Assembly (NCBI GenBank): GCA_963823035.1
Contig: CAWGKG010000017.1
Span: 64,001-128,000 of the forward strand
Length of the DNA: 64,000 nt
Direction: 5' to 3'
Origin: an uncultured Gemmatimonadales bacterium
Lineage (GTDB): Bacteria; Gemmatimonadota; Gemmatimonadetes; Longimicrobiales; Gaopeijiaceae
Shown piece by piece: positions 20,106 to 31,183 of this stretch (the first letter of the stretch is position 1; the number at the start of each line of letters is the position of its first letter). The notes beneath the pieces are model-generated. The model searched no databases and was not told the DNA's origin. It was given only the letters and a program-made list of their open reading frames with translations. The translations under genes were made by a program, and so were the position numbers.

Positions 20106-22411
20106 CGACGATGACGACGATGATGCGGGCCGGCCTGGACCTTCTCGCGACGCTCGCCCCCGTGGAGGTGATGCGGTTCGGGGTCGTGCTGGCGCTCAAG
20201 GCCTCGATCCTTCTGGCGGTGGCGGCGATGGCCACGGTCGTGCTGGCGCGGCGCACCGCCGCGCTCCGGCACTTCGTCTGGTCGCTGGCGCTGGGTGGAG
20301 CGCTCGCGCTGCCCTTCGTGGCCCGGACGCTTCCCTGGTCGTGGCAGGTGCTTCCGGCCCGGCCGGTCGCGACGGCCGCCGAGCCCGTGGCGCCGGCCCA
20401 GGCGTCCGGCGACGCTGGGATCGGTGCGATCGCGCAGGCTCCGAGGGCCGCCCGACGCCCCGCGGTCGAGGCGGGACCCGTCCGCGCATCCCAAATCGGG
20501 AGGCTCGCCGCGGCCGCCGCGCCGGTCGCGCCCTCCACACCCGCCGCGCCGCGCTCCCTTCCGGTCGGATGGATCGCGCTCGCGCTCTGGGCCGTGGTCG
20601 CGGACGTCCTCCTCCTGCACATGGTCGCCGGGCGCCTGTCGCTCGCGCTCATGGCACGCCGGGCCACACCCGTGCTCGACGAGACCTTCCTGGAGGAGCT
20701 GGCGCGTGGCACGCGCGCCGCCGGCGTGCGCCGTCCGGTTCGGCTCCTCTGGAGCCACCGCGCGCGCGTGCCGATGACGTGGGGGATCCGCCGCCCGGTC
20801 GTGCTCCTCCCCGAGGACGCGCGCTCGTGGAGCCGCGAGCGCATCGGCCTCGTGCTCCAGCACGAGCTGGCCCACGTTCGCCGCGTGGACGACCTGACGC
20901 AGATGCTGGCGCGGGTGGCCTGTGCCGTCCACTGGTTCAACCCGCTCGTCTGGTGGGCCGCCTCGCGTCTCCGTGACGAGAGCGAGCTGGCCTGCGACGA
21001 CCAGGTGCTGCGCACGGGCGCGCGCGCCTCGGAGTATGCGCGCCACCTTCTCGAGCTCGTCTCGACGCTCGGCGTGCACGCCGCCCCCGCAGGCGCCCTT
21101 CCCCTCGCGCAACGCTCCCGCTTCGAGGGGCGGCTCCTGGCGATCCTGGATCCGGCACGCCGCAGGAGCGGCCTCGAGCGAGGCGGCGCCACCGCGCTCG
21201 TCACGTTCGCGGCGGGACTCGTCGTCCTTCTCGGAGCCGTCGCGCCCGAGCGGGCCGAGGCGGCCCCGGAGGCCGTAGCGCCGGCGATTCCGGCCGCGGA
21301 GGCGACGAGGCTCGACCTACCTTCGGTTCCGGCCGCGGAGGCGCCGAAGCCCGACCTACCCTCGGCTCCGACCAGGAAAGCGGTCGAGGTCGCCCTGGCC
21401 GATTCCGCCTCGGTGCGCGCGCTCATGCGTGCCCTGGCGCAGGACGACGACGAGGGCGTGCGCCGCGCGGCCGCATGGGCGCTCGGGCAGCTCGAGGACC
21501 GCACGGCCACGGGCGCGCTGGCCACGGCGCTCACCGCGGACGCTTCGATCGAGGTGCGACGCACGGTCGCATGGGCGCTGGGTCAGATCGAGGATCCGTC
21601 CTCGGTCTCGGCGCTCGGACGGGCCCTTTCGGACGCGGACGCCGAGGTCCGTCACACGGCCCTGTGGGCGCTCGGCCAGATCGAGTCGCCCGAGGCGATC
21701 CCGGAGCTGACACGCGCCCTCGGTGACTCGGAGGCCGAGGTGCGCAAGACGGCGGCGTGGGCGCTCGGCCAGATCGAGAGCCCCGAGGCCGTCGCTCCGC
21801 TCTCGTCCCTCGTGAACGACCCCGACGAGGAGGTCAGGGAGCAGGCCGTGTGGGCGCTCGGTCAGATCGAGAGCCGCGAGGCCGTGGCACCGGTGAGCCG
21901 GGCGCTGTCCGACGAGTCCCCCCGGGTGCGGAAGCAGGCGGCCTGGGCGCTCGGCCAGATCGAGGCGGACGAAGCCCTGCCCGCGCTCTCGAGCGCGTTG
22001 TCCGACACGAACCCGGAGGTGGCCGCCACGGCCGCATGGGCCATCGGCCAGATCGAGCCCTCCTCCGCCCCACCGGCGCTCCTGGAGGCGGTGCGCTCCG
22101 GGAGCGGCGAGCTCCGGTCGAACGCCCTGTGGGCGCTCGTGCAGATCGAGGATCCGGCGGCCGTGCCCGTGCTGACGGAAGTGCTGCGCGATCAGAACCC
22201 GGACGTTCGCGCCACCGCGCTGCGCGGCCTCGCCTCGATCCGCGACGAGAGCGCGATCCGTGCGATCACGGGGCTCCTGGAGGATCCGGACCCGGAGGTC
22301 CGGGCGGCCGCGGTGCGCGCGCTCGCGGGGCGGAGTGGTGGATGGGGTGGAAGCCCGCGCCCGCGGCCGCAGCCCCGGCCTCGCCCGAGGCCCCGGCCCA
22401 ACGGCGGATGA
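20102..22411 (+). CDS. M56 (BlaR1-like) metallopeptidase with C-terminal HEAT repeats
   Basis: PMTWG...HELAHVRR...HWFNPLVW...ELACDD, then ~31-aa VR..AAWALGQIE repeats and a (PR)n tail. Confidence 0.92.
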   Translation: MTTMTTMMRAGLDLLATLAPVEVMRFGVVLALKASILLAVAAMATVVLARRTAALRHFVWSLALGGALALPFVARTLPWSWQVLPARPVATAAEPVAPAQASGDAGIGAIAQAPRAARRPAVEAGPVRASQIGRLAAAAAPVAPSTPAAPRSLPVGWIALALWAVVADVLLLHMVAGRLSLALMARRATPVLDETFLEELARGTRAAGVRRPVRLLWSHRARVPMTWGIRRPVVLLPEDARSWSRERIGLVLQHELAHVRRVDDLTQMLARVACAVHWFNPLVWWAASRLRDESELACDDQVLRTGARASEYARHLLELVSTLGVHAAPAGALPLAQRSRFEGRLLAILDPARRRSGLERGGATALVTFAAGLVVLLGAVAPERAEAAPEAVAPAIPAAEATRLDLPSVPAAEAPKPDLPSAPTRKAVEVALADSASVRALMRALAQDDDEGVRRAAAWALGQLEDRTATGALATALTADASIEVRRTVAWALGQIEDPSSVSALGRALSDADAEVRHTALWALGQIESPEAIPELTRALGDSEAEVRKTAAWALGQIESPEAVAPLSSLVNDPDEEVREQAVWALGQIESREAVAPVSRALSDESPRVRKQAAWALGQIEADEALPALSSALSDTNPEVAATAAWAIGQIEPSSAPPALLEAVRSGSGELRSNALWALVQIEDPAAVPVLTEVLRDQNPDVRATALRGLASIRDESAIRAITGLLEDPDPEVRAAAVRALAGRSGGWGGSPRPRPQPRPRPRPRPNGG
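21290..21367 (+). repeat. 39-bp in-frame tandem duplication in the M56 linker
   Basis: PAAEATRLDLPSV / PAAEAPKPDLPSA. Confidence 0.7.
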
Positions 22412-22417
22412 GCCATC

Positions 22418-23308
22418 ATGTCTGAGAAGAGAGGCGGTGGGGTGATGGTGGGCGCGGCGGCCGCGCTCGCCGGGGTGGTGGCTCTCGGCGCGGTGCGTGG
22501 CGACGCCCGGGCAGCGCGGGAGCCCACGGAGGTCGCGGTCCCGCAGGGCGTCGTGGAGGCCCGCGACGCCGCGGGGCTGCTGGCGGCGGTCGTGGGCACG
22601 CCGCCGGTGGCGTGCGACCTGGTGGTGCGTACCCTCGGGAACCGGTGGGGAAGCGGGATGGTGCGGCCGCGGGTGCACGAGCCGCTCGGACCCACGGCGG
22701 ACGAGCGGGCGCTCGCCCGCTGGGCGTGGACGGAGACGCCCGAGGCCGGCGATGCATCCCTCCTGCTCGATGGGCTCGATTCCGGGGACGGCTGCGTGCG
22801 CAGGGTCGCGGCGGCGATGCTCACCCGCGTGGACGACGACGCCACCCGCGCGGCGCTGCGGGACCGGGCGGAGCGGGGAACGGGCCGTGCGCGCCTGGCG
22901 GCCATCACCGCGCTCGCGGGACGGAGGGAGGCCGCCTCCGAGCGAACGCTCACGGGCCTGCTGGCGGAGTCCGACGCCGAGGTACGGCGCGCGGCCGCGT
23001 GGGGCCTCGGTGAGGTCGAGGCCGGGGGCGCGGTCGAGGTGCTCGGGCGAACGCTGCGCGACCAGGACGTTGCCGTGCGCGAGAACGCCGCGTGGGCGCT
23101 GGGCCGTATCGGGCGGGCCGAAGGGGTGACCCCCCTGCTCGGTGCGCTCCGCGACACGAATCCGGGCGTTCGCGTCAACGCGGCGTGGGCGCTCGGCGCC
23201 ATCGAGAGCGGGCAGGCGATCCCCGCGCTCACGTCCGTCCTCGCGTCCGACGCGGACCCGGAGGTCAGGATGGCGGCCGCCTGGGCGTTGGGCCATATCG
23301 AGGACTGA
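22418..23308 (+). CDS. Exported HEAT-repeat protein
   Basis: N-terminal hydrophobic signal followed by VR..AAWALG repeats. Confidence 0.85.
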   Translation: MSEKRGGGVMVGAAAALAGVVALGAVRGDARAAREPTEVAVPQGVVEARDAAGLLAAVVGTPPVACDLVVRTLGNRWGSGMVRPRVHEPLGPTADERALARWAWTETPEAGDASLLLDGLDSGDGCVRRVAAAMLTRVDDDATRAALRDRAERGTGRARLAAITALAGRREAASERTLTGLLAESDAEVRRAAAWGLGEVEAGGAVEVLGRTLRDQDVAVRENAAWALGRIGRAEGVTPLLGALRDTNPGVRVNAAWALGAIESGQAIPALTSVLASDADPEVRMAAAWALGHIED

Positions 23309-23338
23309 CCTCACGCCCCCACGTGGGGTGTCCCGGCG

Positions 23339-24520
23339 TCAGCGCCGGGCTTCCTGCCAGTCGCGCGCCAACGCGAGAACGCGGTCGATCTCCGTCTCGT
23401 CGTTGTAGACGGCCACGGACATGCGCAGGACGCCTTTGCGCACCGACAGGCACACGCCATGGGCCGTGAGATGCCTGTAGAGGTCGTTCATCGCCGGATC
23501 GTCCGCCGAGTCATGGTGGCCGCCCCCGCTCTCCCCCACGGCGACGATGTGCGCGAGGTGCGGTCCGGGTGGGCCGCCGACCACCGGGAGCCCGAGCTCG
23601 AGCAGCCCCGAAGCCAGGCGGGCCGCCAGGCGGCGTACGTGCGCCTCGATGCGGTCGATCCCGATGCCGCCGATGAGCTCGAGCGCCGCGACGGCCGCGC
23701 GCGCGCCCAGGTAGTTGTAGTTCCCGAGGTCGAAGCGGCGCGCCCCCGGGGCGAAGGGGAGGTCGCCCTCGCTGCGGGCGGTCTCGCCGGCCTCGGTCCC
23801 GAGGTCCATCCCGTAGCGGGCCACGTGCGACGGGGCCAGCGCCTCGGCCACCTCCCTGCGCACGTACAGGAAGCCGAACCCGTAGAGGGCGAGGAGGCAC
23901 TTCTGCGTGGCTACGGCCAGCGCGTCGACGCCCAGTCGGTCCACGTCCACGGCGATGGCGCCCACCGACTGGGCCGCGTCCACCAACACGAGGGCACCCC
24001 GCGCGTGCGCCGCGTCCGCGATCGCGCGCACGTCCGCCACGAACCCCGGAGAGAACGTGACGTGGGGCACGCTCACCACCCGGGTGCGCCCGTCCACGGC
24101 CTCGGCCATCGCGGCGGTCGGAACGTGCCCGTCGATCGGCTCGACCCGTCGCACCTCCACCCCGAGGCGCTTCCGGAGGTTGTACCAGTGGAAGACGTTG
24201 TTGGGGTGCTCGAGGTCGGGGCAGAGCACCACGTTGTCCCCCGTCTGCCAGCGCAGGCTCGTCGCGAAGAGGTTCAGCCCCTCCGAGACGTTCTTCGTGA
24301 CCGCGACTTCGTCGGCGTGCGCGCCGATGAGCGCCGCGAGGCGTGTCCGCGCCCCCTCCACCGAGGCCTGGAAGGCCGCCTTGTCACCCGTGCCCAGCAC
24401 CCGCTCGCGCAGGTGGGCCTCGGCCGCTTCCGCGACCGGCGTGGGCACCAGGCCCCGAACCGCGACGTCGAGGTAGGTCCGGTGCCGGGTGCCCGGGAAG
24501 AGCGCGCGCACCTCCTCCAC
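23339..24520 (-). CDS. Class V PLP aminotransferase / cysteine desulfurase-like
   Basis: YLD, KNVSEGLN, EHPNN, VDAAQSVG, TQKCLL, RMSVAVYN. Confidence 0.88.
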   Translation of the reverse strand: MEEVRALFPGTRHRTYLDVAVRGLVPTPVAEAAEAHLRERVLGTGDKAAFQASVEGARTRLAALIGAHADEVAVTKNVSEGLNLFATSLRWQTGDNVVLCPDLEHPNNVFHWYNLRKRLGVEVRRVEPIDGHVPTAAMAEAVDGRTRVVSVPHVTFSPGFVADVRAIADAAHARGALVLVDAAQSVGAIAVDVDRLGVDALAVATQKCLLALYGFGFLYVRREVAEALAPSHVARYGMDLGTEAGETARSEGDLPFAPGARRFDLGNYNYLGARAAVAALELIGGIGIDRIEAHVRRLAARLASGLLELGLPVVGGPPGPHLAHIVAVGESGGGHHDSADDPAMNDLYRHLTAHGVCLSVRKGVLRMSVAVYNDETEIDRVLALARDWQEARR

Positions 24521-24537
24521 CGGATGCGACCCCGGGT

Positions 24538-24738
24538 TCAGTCCAGGACGAAGGTGAGCTTCATGTTCACGCGGTAGCCCGTGACCTTCCCGTTCTCAAC
24601 GACGACCTGCTGGTCCTTCACCCACCCGGAACGAATTCCCTTGATGGTCTCGGACGCCTTGCTGATGCCGTCCTGGATCGCGGCCTCGAAGCTCCTGGAG
24701 GACTCGGCCGTGATCTCGATGTGCTTGGCAACGGACAT
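24538..24738 (-). CDS. Dodecin-family protein
   Basis: SVAKHIEITAESSRSFEAAIQDGI...YRVNMKLTFVLD, 66 aa. Confidence 0.92.
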   Translation of the reverse strand: MSVAKHIEITAESSRSFEAAIQDGISKASETIKGIRSGWVKDQQVVVENGKVTGYRVNMKLTFVLD

Positions 24739-24785
24739 GTTCGTCTCCTTATGGGAAGTGCAGTTGGGTGGGCCCGCGCCTGTGG

Positions 24786-25251
24786 CTACGCGTCGAGCGG
24801 CGGCAGCCGGAGGACCTGGCCGACGTAGATCTTGTCCGGGTCCTTCAGGGCGGGACGGTTGGCCTCGAAGATCGCCGGGTACTTCATGGCGTCGCCGTAA
24901 TGGACCTTGGCGATCTTCGAGAGCGTGTCTCCGGCCACGACGGTGTAGAGGGTCGCCTCCGGCGCGGTCTCGGCCACCGTCATCTGGTCGTCGACGCGGG
25001 CGATGCCGGCGGTGTTGCCCACCGCGAGAACCACCTTCTCCCGCGTCGCCTGATCCGCGGCGGCGCCCCGGATGGTCGCCACGCCGTCGTCGTAGTCGAT
25101 GCGGAGCTGGTCCACCTCGAGGCCCAGTCCCATGACGAGGCGAAGCAGCGTGTTCCCTTTGCGACGCTCTTCGGCGCCTCGTCGAAGGCCTTGTCGTCGT
25201 CCTCGGCGCGTAGTTTCTGTCAAGCTGCCTTCACGAATCGAAGATGCCCAT
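24786..25251 (-). CDS. kbp: BON-LysM potassium-binding protein Kbp/YgaU (frameshifted N-terminus)
   Basis: MGIFD.. start, REKVVLAVGN, YTVVAGDTLSKIAK..YG...IFEANRP..DPDKIYVGQVLR. Confidence 0.85.
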
Positions 25252-25511
25252 CCGTTGACTCCTGCGAGGGGGGAGAAGACTAAGGAGCGAGACGACAGCT
25301 CCGCGCTGGCTGCAGGGCGAAGCGGGCGCGCTGAAGTCGAAGAGCCCGGAGGCTCGGTGGGCTCTCCTCCTCGACGCGGCCCGACGGCAGCATCCTCGAC
25401 GACGCCGCCGCTGGGCGGGGCGCTCCTCCTTCTTCAGCTGACGGTTAGGCCCTGGTAGGCGCGGGGGGCGGTCGCCCGTCAATCTAGCACCCACCTTGGG
25501 AGAACGCCGTC

Positions 25512-26370
25512 ATGCGTTGGCAGCAGAGCAGGCAGAGCAGGAACGTCGAGGACCGGCGCGGCCAGCGGATGGCGGGTGGCGCGAAGATCGGAGGCGGCGC
25601 GGGGCTGTTGATCATCGTCGTCGTGGTCCTCCTCGGCGGCGACCCGCGCCAGGTGCTGCAGCTGCTGGGTGGGGGGCGGCCGCAGTCTCCGCTCCCTCGT
25701 CGGCGCCCACCGGCCCGCCCACGGACGAGACGGGCCAGTTCCTCGGTGCGGTGCTCGGGATGACCGAGGACGTCTGGACGCGATCTTCGCGAACGCCGGC
25801 GCCCGCTACGCGCCGCCGACCATGGTCCTGTTCACGCAGGCCGTGCAGTCGGCGTGCGGCTACAACACGGCGGCCACGGGCCCCTTCTACTGCCCCCCGG
25901 ACCAGAAGCTCTACCTCGACACGAGCTTCTTCGATCAGCTCGCGCAGATGGGTGGGCCCGGCGACTTCGCGCAGGCCTACGTGATCGGGCACGAGGTGGG
26001 CCACCACATCCAGAACCTCACCGGCACGGACGACTGGGTCCGCCAGCTGCAGCGGCGGGGCGACGAAGTCCCCAACCGGCTCCAGGTGCTCATGGAGCTG
26101 CAGGCGGACTGCTACGCCGGCGTGTGGGCGTACCACGCCAACCGTCTCGGGAAGGTCCTGGAGCCGGGCGACGTCGAGGAGGGGCTGTCGGCCGCCGCGG
26201 CCATCGGGGACGACCGCCTGCAGCGGCGGGCGGGGCGTGAGGTGGCGCCGGAGTCCTTCACCCACGGGACCTCGGCTCAGCGCCAGCAGTGGCTCCGGAC
26301 CGGGATCGAGACCGGCGACGTGGACCGGTGCGACACCTTCGGGGAGGCTGGGTTCGTCAGGAACCGCTGA
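25512..26370 (+). CDS. YpfJ-like neutral zinc metallopeptidase (frameshifted)
   Basis: MRW...SRNVEDRRG, GPFYCP, HEVGHHIQ, ELQADC, ESFTHGTS. Confidence 0.9.
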
Positions 26371-26878
26371 CGCCGTAGATGCCCCTGGAGGGGTCGGCGG
26401 CTCCCCGTCCGACGGCGCATCCTCTTCGCTCGACTCTGCCGCGGTCCTCCCGGCGCGGATCGTGGAGCGCGTCGAAGCGCTGTACGGCGGGGGAGCGGCT
26501 CGCCGCTTCGAGATCCACGTCGAAGCGACGATCGCGCGCGGGATCGGCAAGCGCCGCGAAGAGCAGCCAAGCCCCCCAGACGCTCACAGCCATGGAGATG
26601 GGTATCGCCGCCAGCCCCACGAGGATGCCGAAGCTCCCGCGCGTGAGGACGAGGATCCCGAAGGCGAGCAGCGCCAGGCCGCCGAGGACCAGCGCCAGAC
26701 CGAACAGCCCCGAGATCCACTGCAGGAGGGTGCGCATCGGGCCACCGCGAACGCGGTGCATGCCCAGCATCAGGGCGAGGCCCACGGCCCACGGGCCCCA
26801 GATCAGCCGGCCGACTCCCGGGGATACGACGGCCTCCCAAGCCGCGATCGGCACCACGAGCCAAAGCAGGAACTCCAC
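26357..26878 (-). CDS. Hypothetical multi-TM membrane protein
   Basis: 173-aa ORF with about four hydrophobic segments. Confidence 0.55.
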   Translation of the reverse strand: MEFLLWLVVPIAAWEAVVSPGVGRLIWGPWAVGLALMLGMHRVRGGPMRTLLQWISGLFGLALVLGGLALLAFGILVLTRGSFGILVGLAAIPISMAVSVWGAWLLFAALADPARDRRFDVDLEAASRSPAVQRFDALHDPRREDRGRVERRGCAVGRGAADPSRGIYGVSGS

Positions 26879-26933
26879 CCTCCGGGAAAGCCGGTTGAAG
26901 GAGGGTCACGCAGCCGAGATTGTCCTTCTTGAT

Positions 26934-28102
26934 TCACGGGCGCCGCTCCGCGCAGGTGAGCAGGGCCGTGCCCACCAGGTCGCCCATGACGTTGACGGTC
27001 GTGTTGCCCATGTCGACGAGACGGTAGATGCCTCCGACGATCGCCGCCAGCTCCAGCGGGAGCCCGAAGGACTGGACCAGGACGAGCGCGACGACGAAGC
27101 CGCCACCGGGGATCCCGCCCGATCCCGCGGAAAGGACCAACCCCATCAGGAGGGCCGTGGCGAGCTCGCCCGGCCCGAGCGCCACGCCCGCGGCGCGCGC
27201 CGTGAAGAGGAGGACGCCCATCAGCATGATCGCGGTCCCGTCCTTGTTGATCTGCGCGCCCAGCGGGAGCGCGAAGGAATAGAGGGGGCGGGGGAGGCGC
27301 ATCTCCTCGGCGACCTCCATCGACACGGTGAGGGACGCGAGGCTCGACGTGGTCGAGACCGTGGTCGCCCACACCGGCCAACTCCGCGCAGGAAGGCGAG
27401 CGGCCGCCGGTCGGAGAAGGCGCGGAGCACCGCCATGTACACGCCCACCATCACCAGCTGCGCGCCCCACACCCCGCCGACGAAGCGCGCCATGGGCCCG
27501 AACAGGAGCCCGCCGTAGCGCCCCACCGCGACCGCCATGAGCGCGCCGATGCCGACCGGCGCCACCGCGAGGATCATGTCGACCAGGCGGCGGAACAGCG
27601 CCGCGAGGTCTCCGAAGAGCGTGGCCAGCACCAGGCGCGGGCGAACGGGAAGGTGGAGCGCCGCGACGCCCACCAGCATGGAAGCCACCACGATCTGCGT
27701 GACGTTGCCGTCGGCGAGCGCCGCGAACGGGTTCGCCGGGACAGCCCGACCAGCAGCCCGGCCACGGGGCGGGGGCCGACTCACGCGCCACCCTGCGCGG
27801 AGGCGCTCATCCCGGCGCCGGGGGCGGACGATCACATGGCCGCGAGCCCAGGAGGAGCGCTACGACCGTGGTGGCCGCGAACTACACCATGAGCTTGCCC
27901 GCGAGTCGGCCGAAGGCTCGCGCGTCCTCCATTGTGGTGAGCGCCGCCAGGAGGTTGAACGCGACGAGGGGGAGCGCGACCATCGTCAGCAGGCGGATGA
28001 AGACGTCCCCACGGGCTCCAGCGCGGCGGCCCGTTCGCCCAGGACGGCCCCCAGAGCCGCGCCGACCACCATTCCGAGCAGGATACGCGCGCCGATGCCC
28101 AT
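26934..28102 (-). CDS. Dicarboxylate/amino acid:cation symporter (DAACS; heavily frameshifted)
   Basis: STTSSLASL, LPLGAQINKDGTAI, GIPGG, YRLVDMGNTTVNVMGD. Confidence 0.85.
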
Positions 28103-28159
28103 CGCCTCAACTTGCGCGGGCGTCCGCGCGGCAAGTGGCGCAACGGACGCGGCGGCGCC

Positions 28160-29039
28160 ATGTTCCCCGACGACCTGACCCCCCCAGGAGGCACCTTGTA
28201 CGACCCACTGAGCCTGCGCCCCCACCCGAAGCCTCGCCCGGGCGCCGCCGGAGCTACGAGGTCATCTTCGAGCACGACACGCGGGCCGGGCGCACCTTCG
28301 ACGTGGTGCTCATCCTGGCGATCCTCGCGAGCGTGGTGGCGATCATGCTCGAGAGCGTGGCTTCGATCCGCGCGAGCCACGGCCACCTGCTGCGCACGCT
28401 GGAGTGGGTCTTCACCGTGGCCTTCACGGTGGAGTACGTGCTGCGCCTCTGGTGCGTCTCGCGCTCGCTGCGCTACGCGCGGAGCTTCCTGGGGGTCGTA
28501 GACCTGCTGGCGATCCTCCCCACCTGGCTCTCGCTGGTGGTGCCGGGGGGGCAGGTGCTCACGGTCGTGCGCATCCTGCGGGTGCTACGGGTGTTCCGCA
28601 TCCTCAAGCTCGCCCAGTACGTGGGGGAGGCGCGCGTGCTCGTGCTGGCGCTGCGCGCTGCGCGCTTCAAGATCACGGTGTTCGTCTTCACGGTGCTCAC
28701 GATCGTGGTGATCGTGGGGGCGCTCATGTACCTGGTGGAGGGGCCGGCCTCGGGCTTCACGAGCATCCCGGCGGGCGTGTACTGGGCGGTGGTCACGCTC
28801 ACCACGGTGGGCTTCGGCGACATCACGCCCCAGACGCCGCTCGGCCAGACGCTCGCCACGGTGGTGATGATCATGGGCTACGGGATCATCGCCGTGCCCA
28901 CCGGCATCGTGACCGCCGAGATCGCCTAGCGCGACCCGGGGGCAGATGCGCGCCGAGGCGCTGCGCGGCTTGCGGCCGCGAGGGGCACGACGAGGACGCG
29001 CGCCACTGCAAGTGGTGCGGGGGGCGCCTGGCTACCTGA
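28160..29039 (+). CDS. Voltage-gated-type K+ channel with C-terminal zinc ribbon (frameshifted)
   Basis: S4 RILRVLRVFRILK, filter TTVGFGD; CAACG...HCKWCG follows in an adjacent frame. Confidence 0.88.
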
Positions 29040-31168
29040 GGGCGGCCCGGCGTTGCACCCCCACCCGACCGGGCCCAGCGCACCGTCCAGGTGGCCATCG
29101 TGTCCGCCGCCGCCCGCAGGCGTGACCACGCGGAGGCCGCCGTCCACCCGGGTCGCCACACCACCTCCGCGCCTGGGCCGTCACGCCGTCGAAGCGGTAT
29201 CCCGCCGGCTCCGTCAGGTGGAGCTCGTAGGCGTCGCCGCGCACCAGGCGGCTCCTGCCCGACAGCGCGTCGCCTGCCCACGAGACGGCCTCGAGGTCTG
29301 GGCCTCCGCAGCTCACGTGCCGGCTCGTGGCAACCACCTGCGGCCGGTCCTCCCGCTCTCGGATGCAGAAGACCTGCACCTGCCGCCGCGGGTCGACGGG
29401 GCCGGGGGCGAAGCCCCCCTGGAACGCCCCTCGAAGCGTCTTCGTCCAGAACTCGAACACGACGTGGTCCTTCGTCGGGTCGAGGCCGAGATCGGCGAAG
29501 CGCAGGGTGTCCGCATCGCCCCCTCCGGTGCGCGCCAGCACGGACCAGCGCCCGAAGGGGCGGCTCACGTCGAGGAGGTAGAGGGGCACGTTCAGGCGCT
29601 GGTCGGCGTCGAAGGGGCGCGGACCGGAGCCGGAGAGCTCGGTCGCGGCCCGCCCGATGAGCTCCGAGCGCGAGGGGTCCACGTCGTAGATCTGCTGCGG
29701 ACGGTGAAGAGCACGGGGGCCGTGCGCCGCGCGATCTCCGCCCGGTCGGTGCGGTAGACCGAGGCGGATCGGTGAGCATGAGGAGCGAGCCGGTGAGCGA
29801 GGACAGCGTGGCGGCGCGCCACGCGTCGGGCGTGGTCAACTCGATGTGGTCGGGGTCGTTCCGCCACACGACGTTGTTGAACGAGTTGTACTGCGCGAGG
29901 CCGCCGTAGCCGAAGCCGTCGTTGCCGACGCGCACCGCGTCCGCGATGCCGATCAGCTCGGGGCGGATCCCCCAGCAGGCCAGGAGGAAGGCGTCGGGGC
30001 CGATCGCGTCGCGCACCGTCCTCGGCGAAGCGCCGGAACACCTCCTCCCGGTCGAGCCCGCGCTCGCGGAAGTAGTCCGCGTGGCTGTCGTAGCCCTCGT
30101 AGCGGAGGTGGCGCAGCGCGTCGAGCTTGAAGTAGCGCCATCCCTGTGCGCGAGGGTGTCGTACACGGGACGCACCAGGCGCTCGAGCGTGGCCGGATCG
30201 GAGGCGTCCATCACGTACCCGATCCAGTTGCCGAGCGCGGGCGCGCCGTCGGCGGTGCGGACGAAGGCTCGGGGTGCGTGAAGGCCCAGGCGCTGTCGGC
30301 GAAGCTCGCGTTGGTCCAGATCCCCGGCCGCAGCCCCGCGACGGCGACGTAGCGTGCCAGGCGCCGAGGCCCGGAAGGGAACTTGTCGTTCGGATGGATC
30401 CAGCGCTCGGGGGTACCGATCGGGAGCTGCTGGTAGCCGTCGTCGATCTGCAGGTAGTCGTAGCCGAAGCGCGCGAGCTCCTCGCCCAGCACGTCGGCGG
30501 TCTCGCGCACGTCGGGCTCGGTCACGTCGTCGCGGAACGCGTACCAGGACGTCCATCCCGCCACCGAAGGGCGCCACACGGCGTACGTCCAGGGCCGGAA
30601 TTCTCGCAGCCCACGGTGCTTCTGGTAGTAGCGCGGTCGGAAGCGGAGGGCGATCTCGGACCCGCGGGCCTCGAAGGCGAAGGACGTCGCGTCGTCCGGG
30701 CCCGCGAGCGCGGCCATGACGTCACCTCGGCGGGCTCGTCGACGGACAACACCCAGTCGGAGCCCCGGTCGTAGACGGCCCGGTTGAGGCGGCTGGCGCT
30801 CGGCCCTAACGCCTTGCGCACCATGCCGAGGGGCGTTCGGGCTGGGCTCGACCTCGCAGGCGAACGCCTGCGCGCTCCCGTGCACGGTGCCGGCAAGCGT
30901 CATGCGCGCTCCGCCACGCACGGTCCACTTCAGCACCTGCGTCACGGCGCTGCCCACGGTGTCGACGAGCACGCGCGGCTCGGGGCGCGGGCCCGTGGTG
31001 GAGAGCGGGCCTCGAGCATCACGCGCCCATCGTAGACGAGCGACACCCGCTCGCCCTCGACGCGCAGCTCGGCGGGTCCGTTGGAGGGCTCGGAGCCGAC
31101 CTGCGCCCGGGCCGACGCGCCGGGCATGCGGCGGCGAGGGCGGAGAGCACGAGAAGGGAACGACGCAT
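29032..31168 (-). CDS. Alpha-galactosidase-like glycoside hydrolase (clan GH-D, GH27/GH36; frameshifted)
   Basis: GWTSWY, YLQIDDGYQ, KFP, GIW, YFKLDA, WRNDPD. Confidence 0.78.
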
Positions 31169-31183
31169 GCCGACCCCAGGGCA

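Noticed and set aside
21470..22150. Regularly spaced TGGGCGCTCGGCCAGATCGAG repeats as a CRISPR array
   Set aside because: The ~93-bp period is in frame and encodes HEAT repeats; the spacers are homologous and there are no cas genes.
25430..25500. c-di-AMP (ydaO) riboswitch or attC at GTTAGGC upstream of kbp
   Set aside because: Only a short CCGTCAGCT-like match, with no 5' conserved blocks, and no partner core for attC.
28927..28929. TAG read-through (pyrrolysine) in the K+ channel
   Set aside because: The downstream zinc ribbon is in a different frame, so an indel explains it; no pyl genes are in the window.
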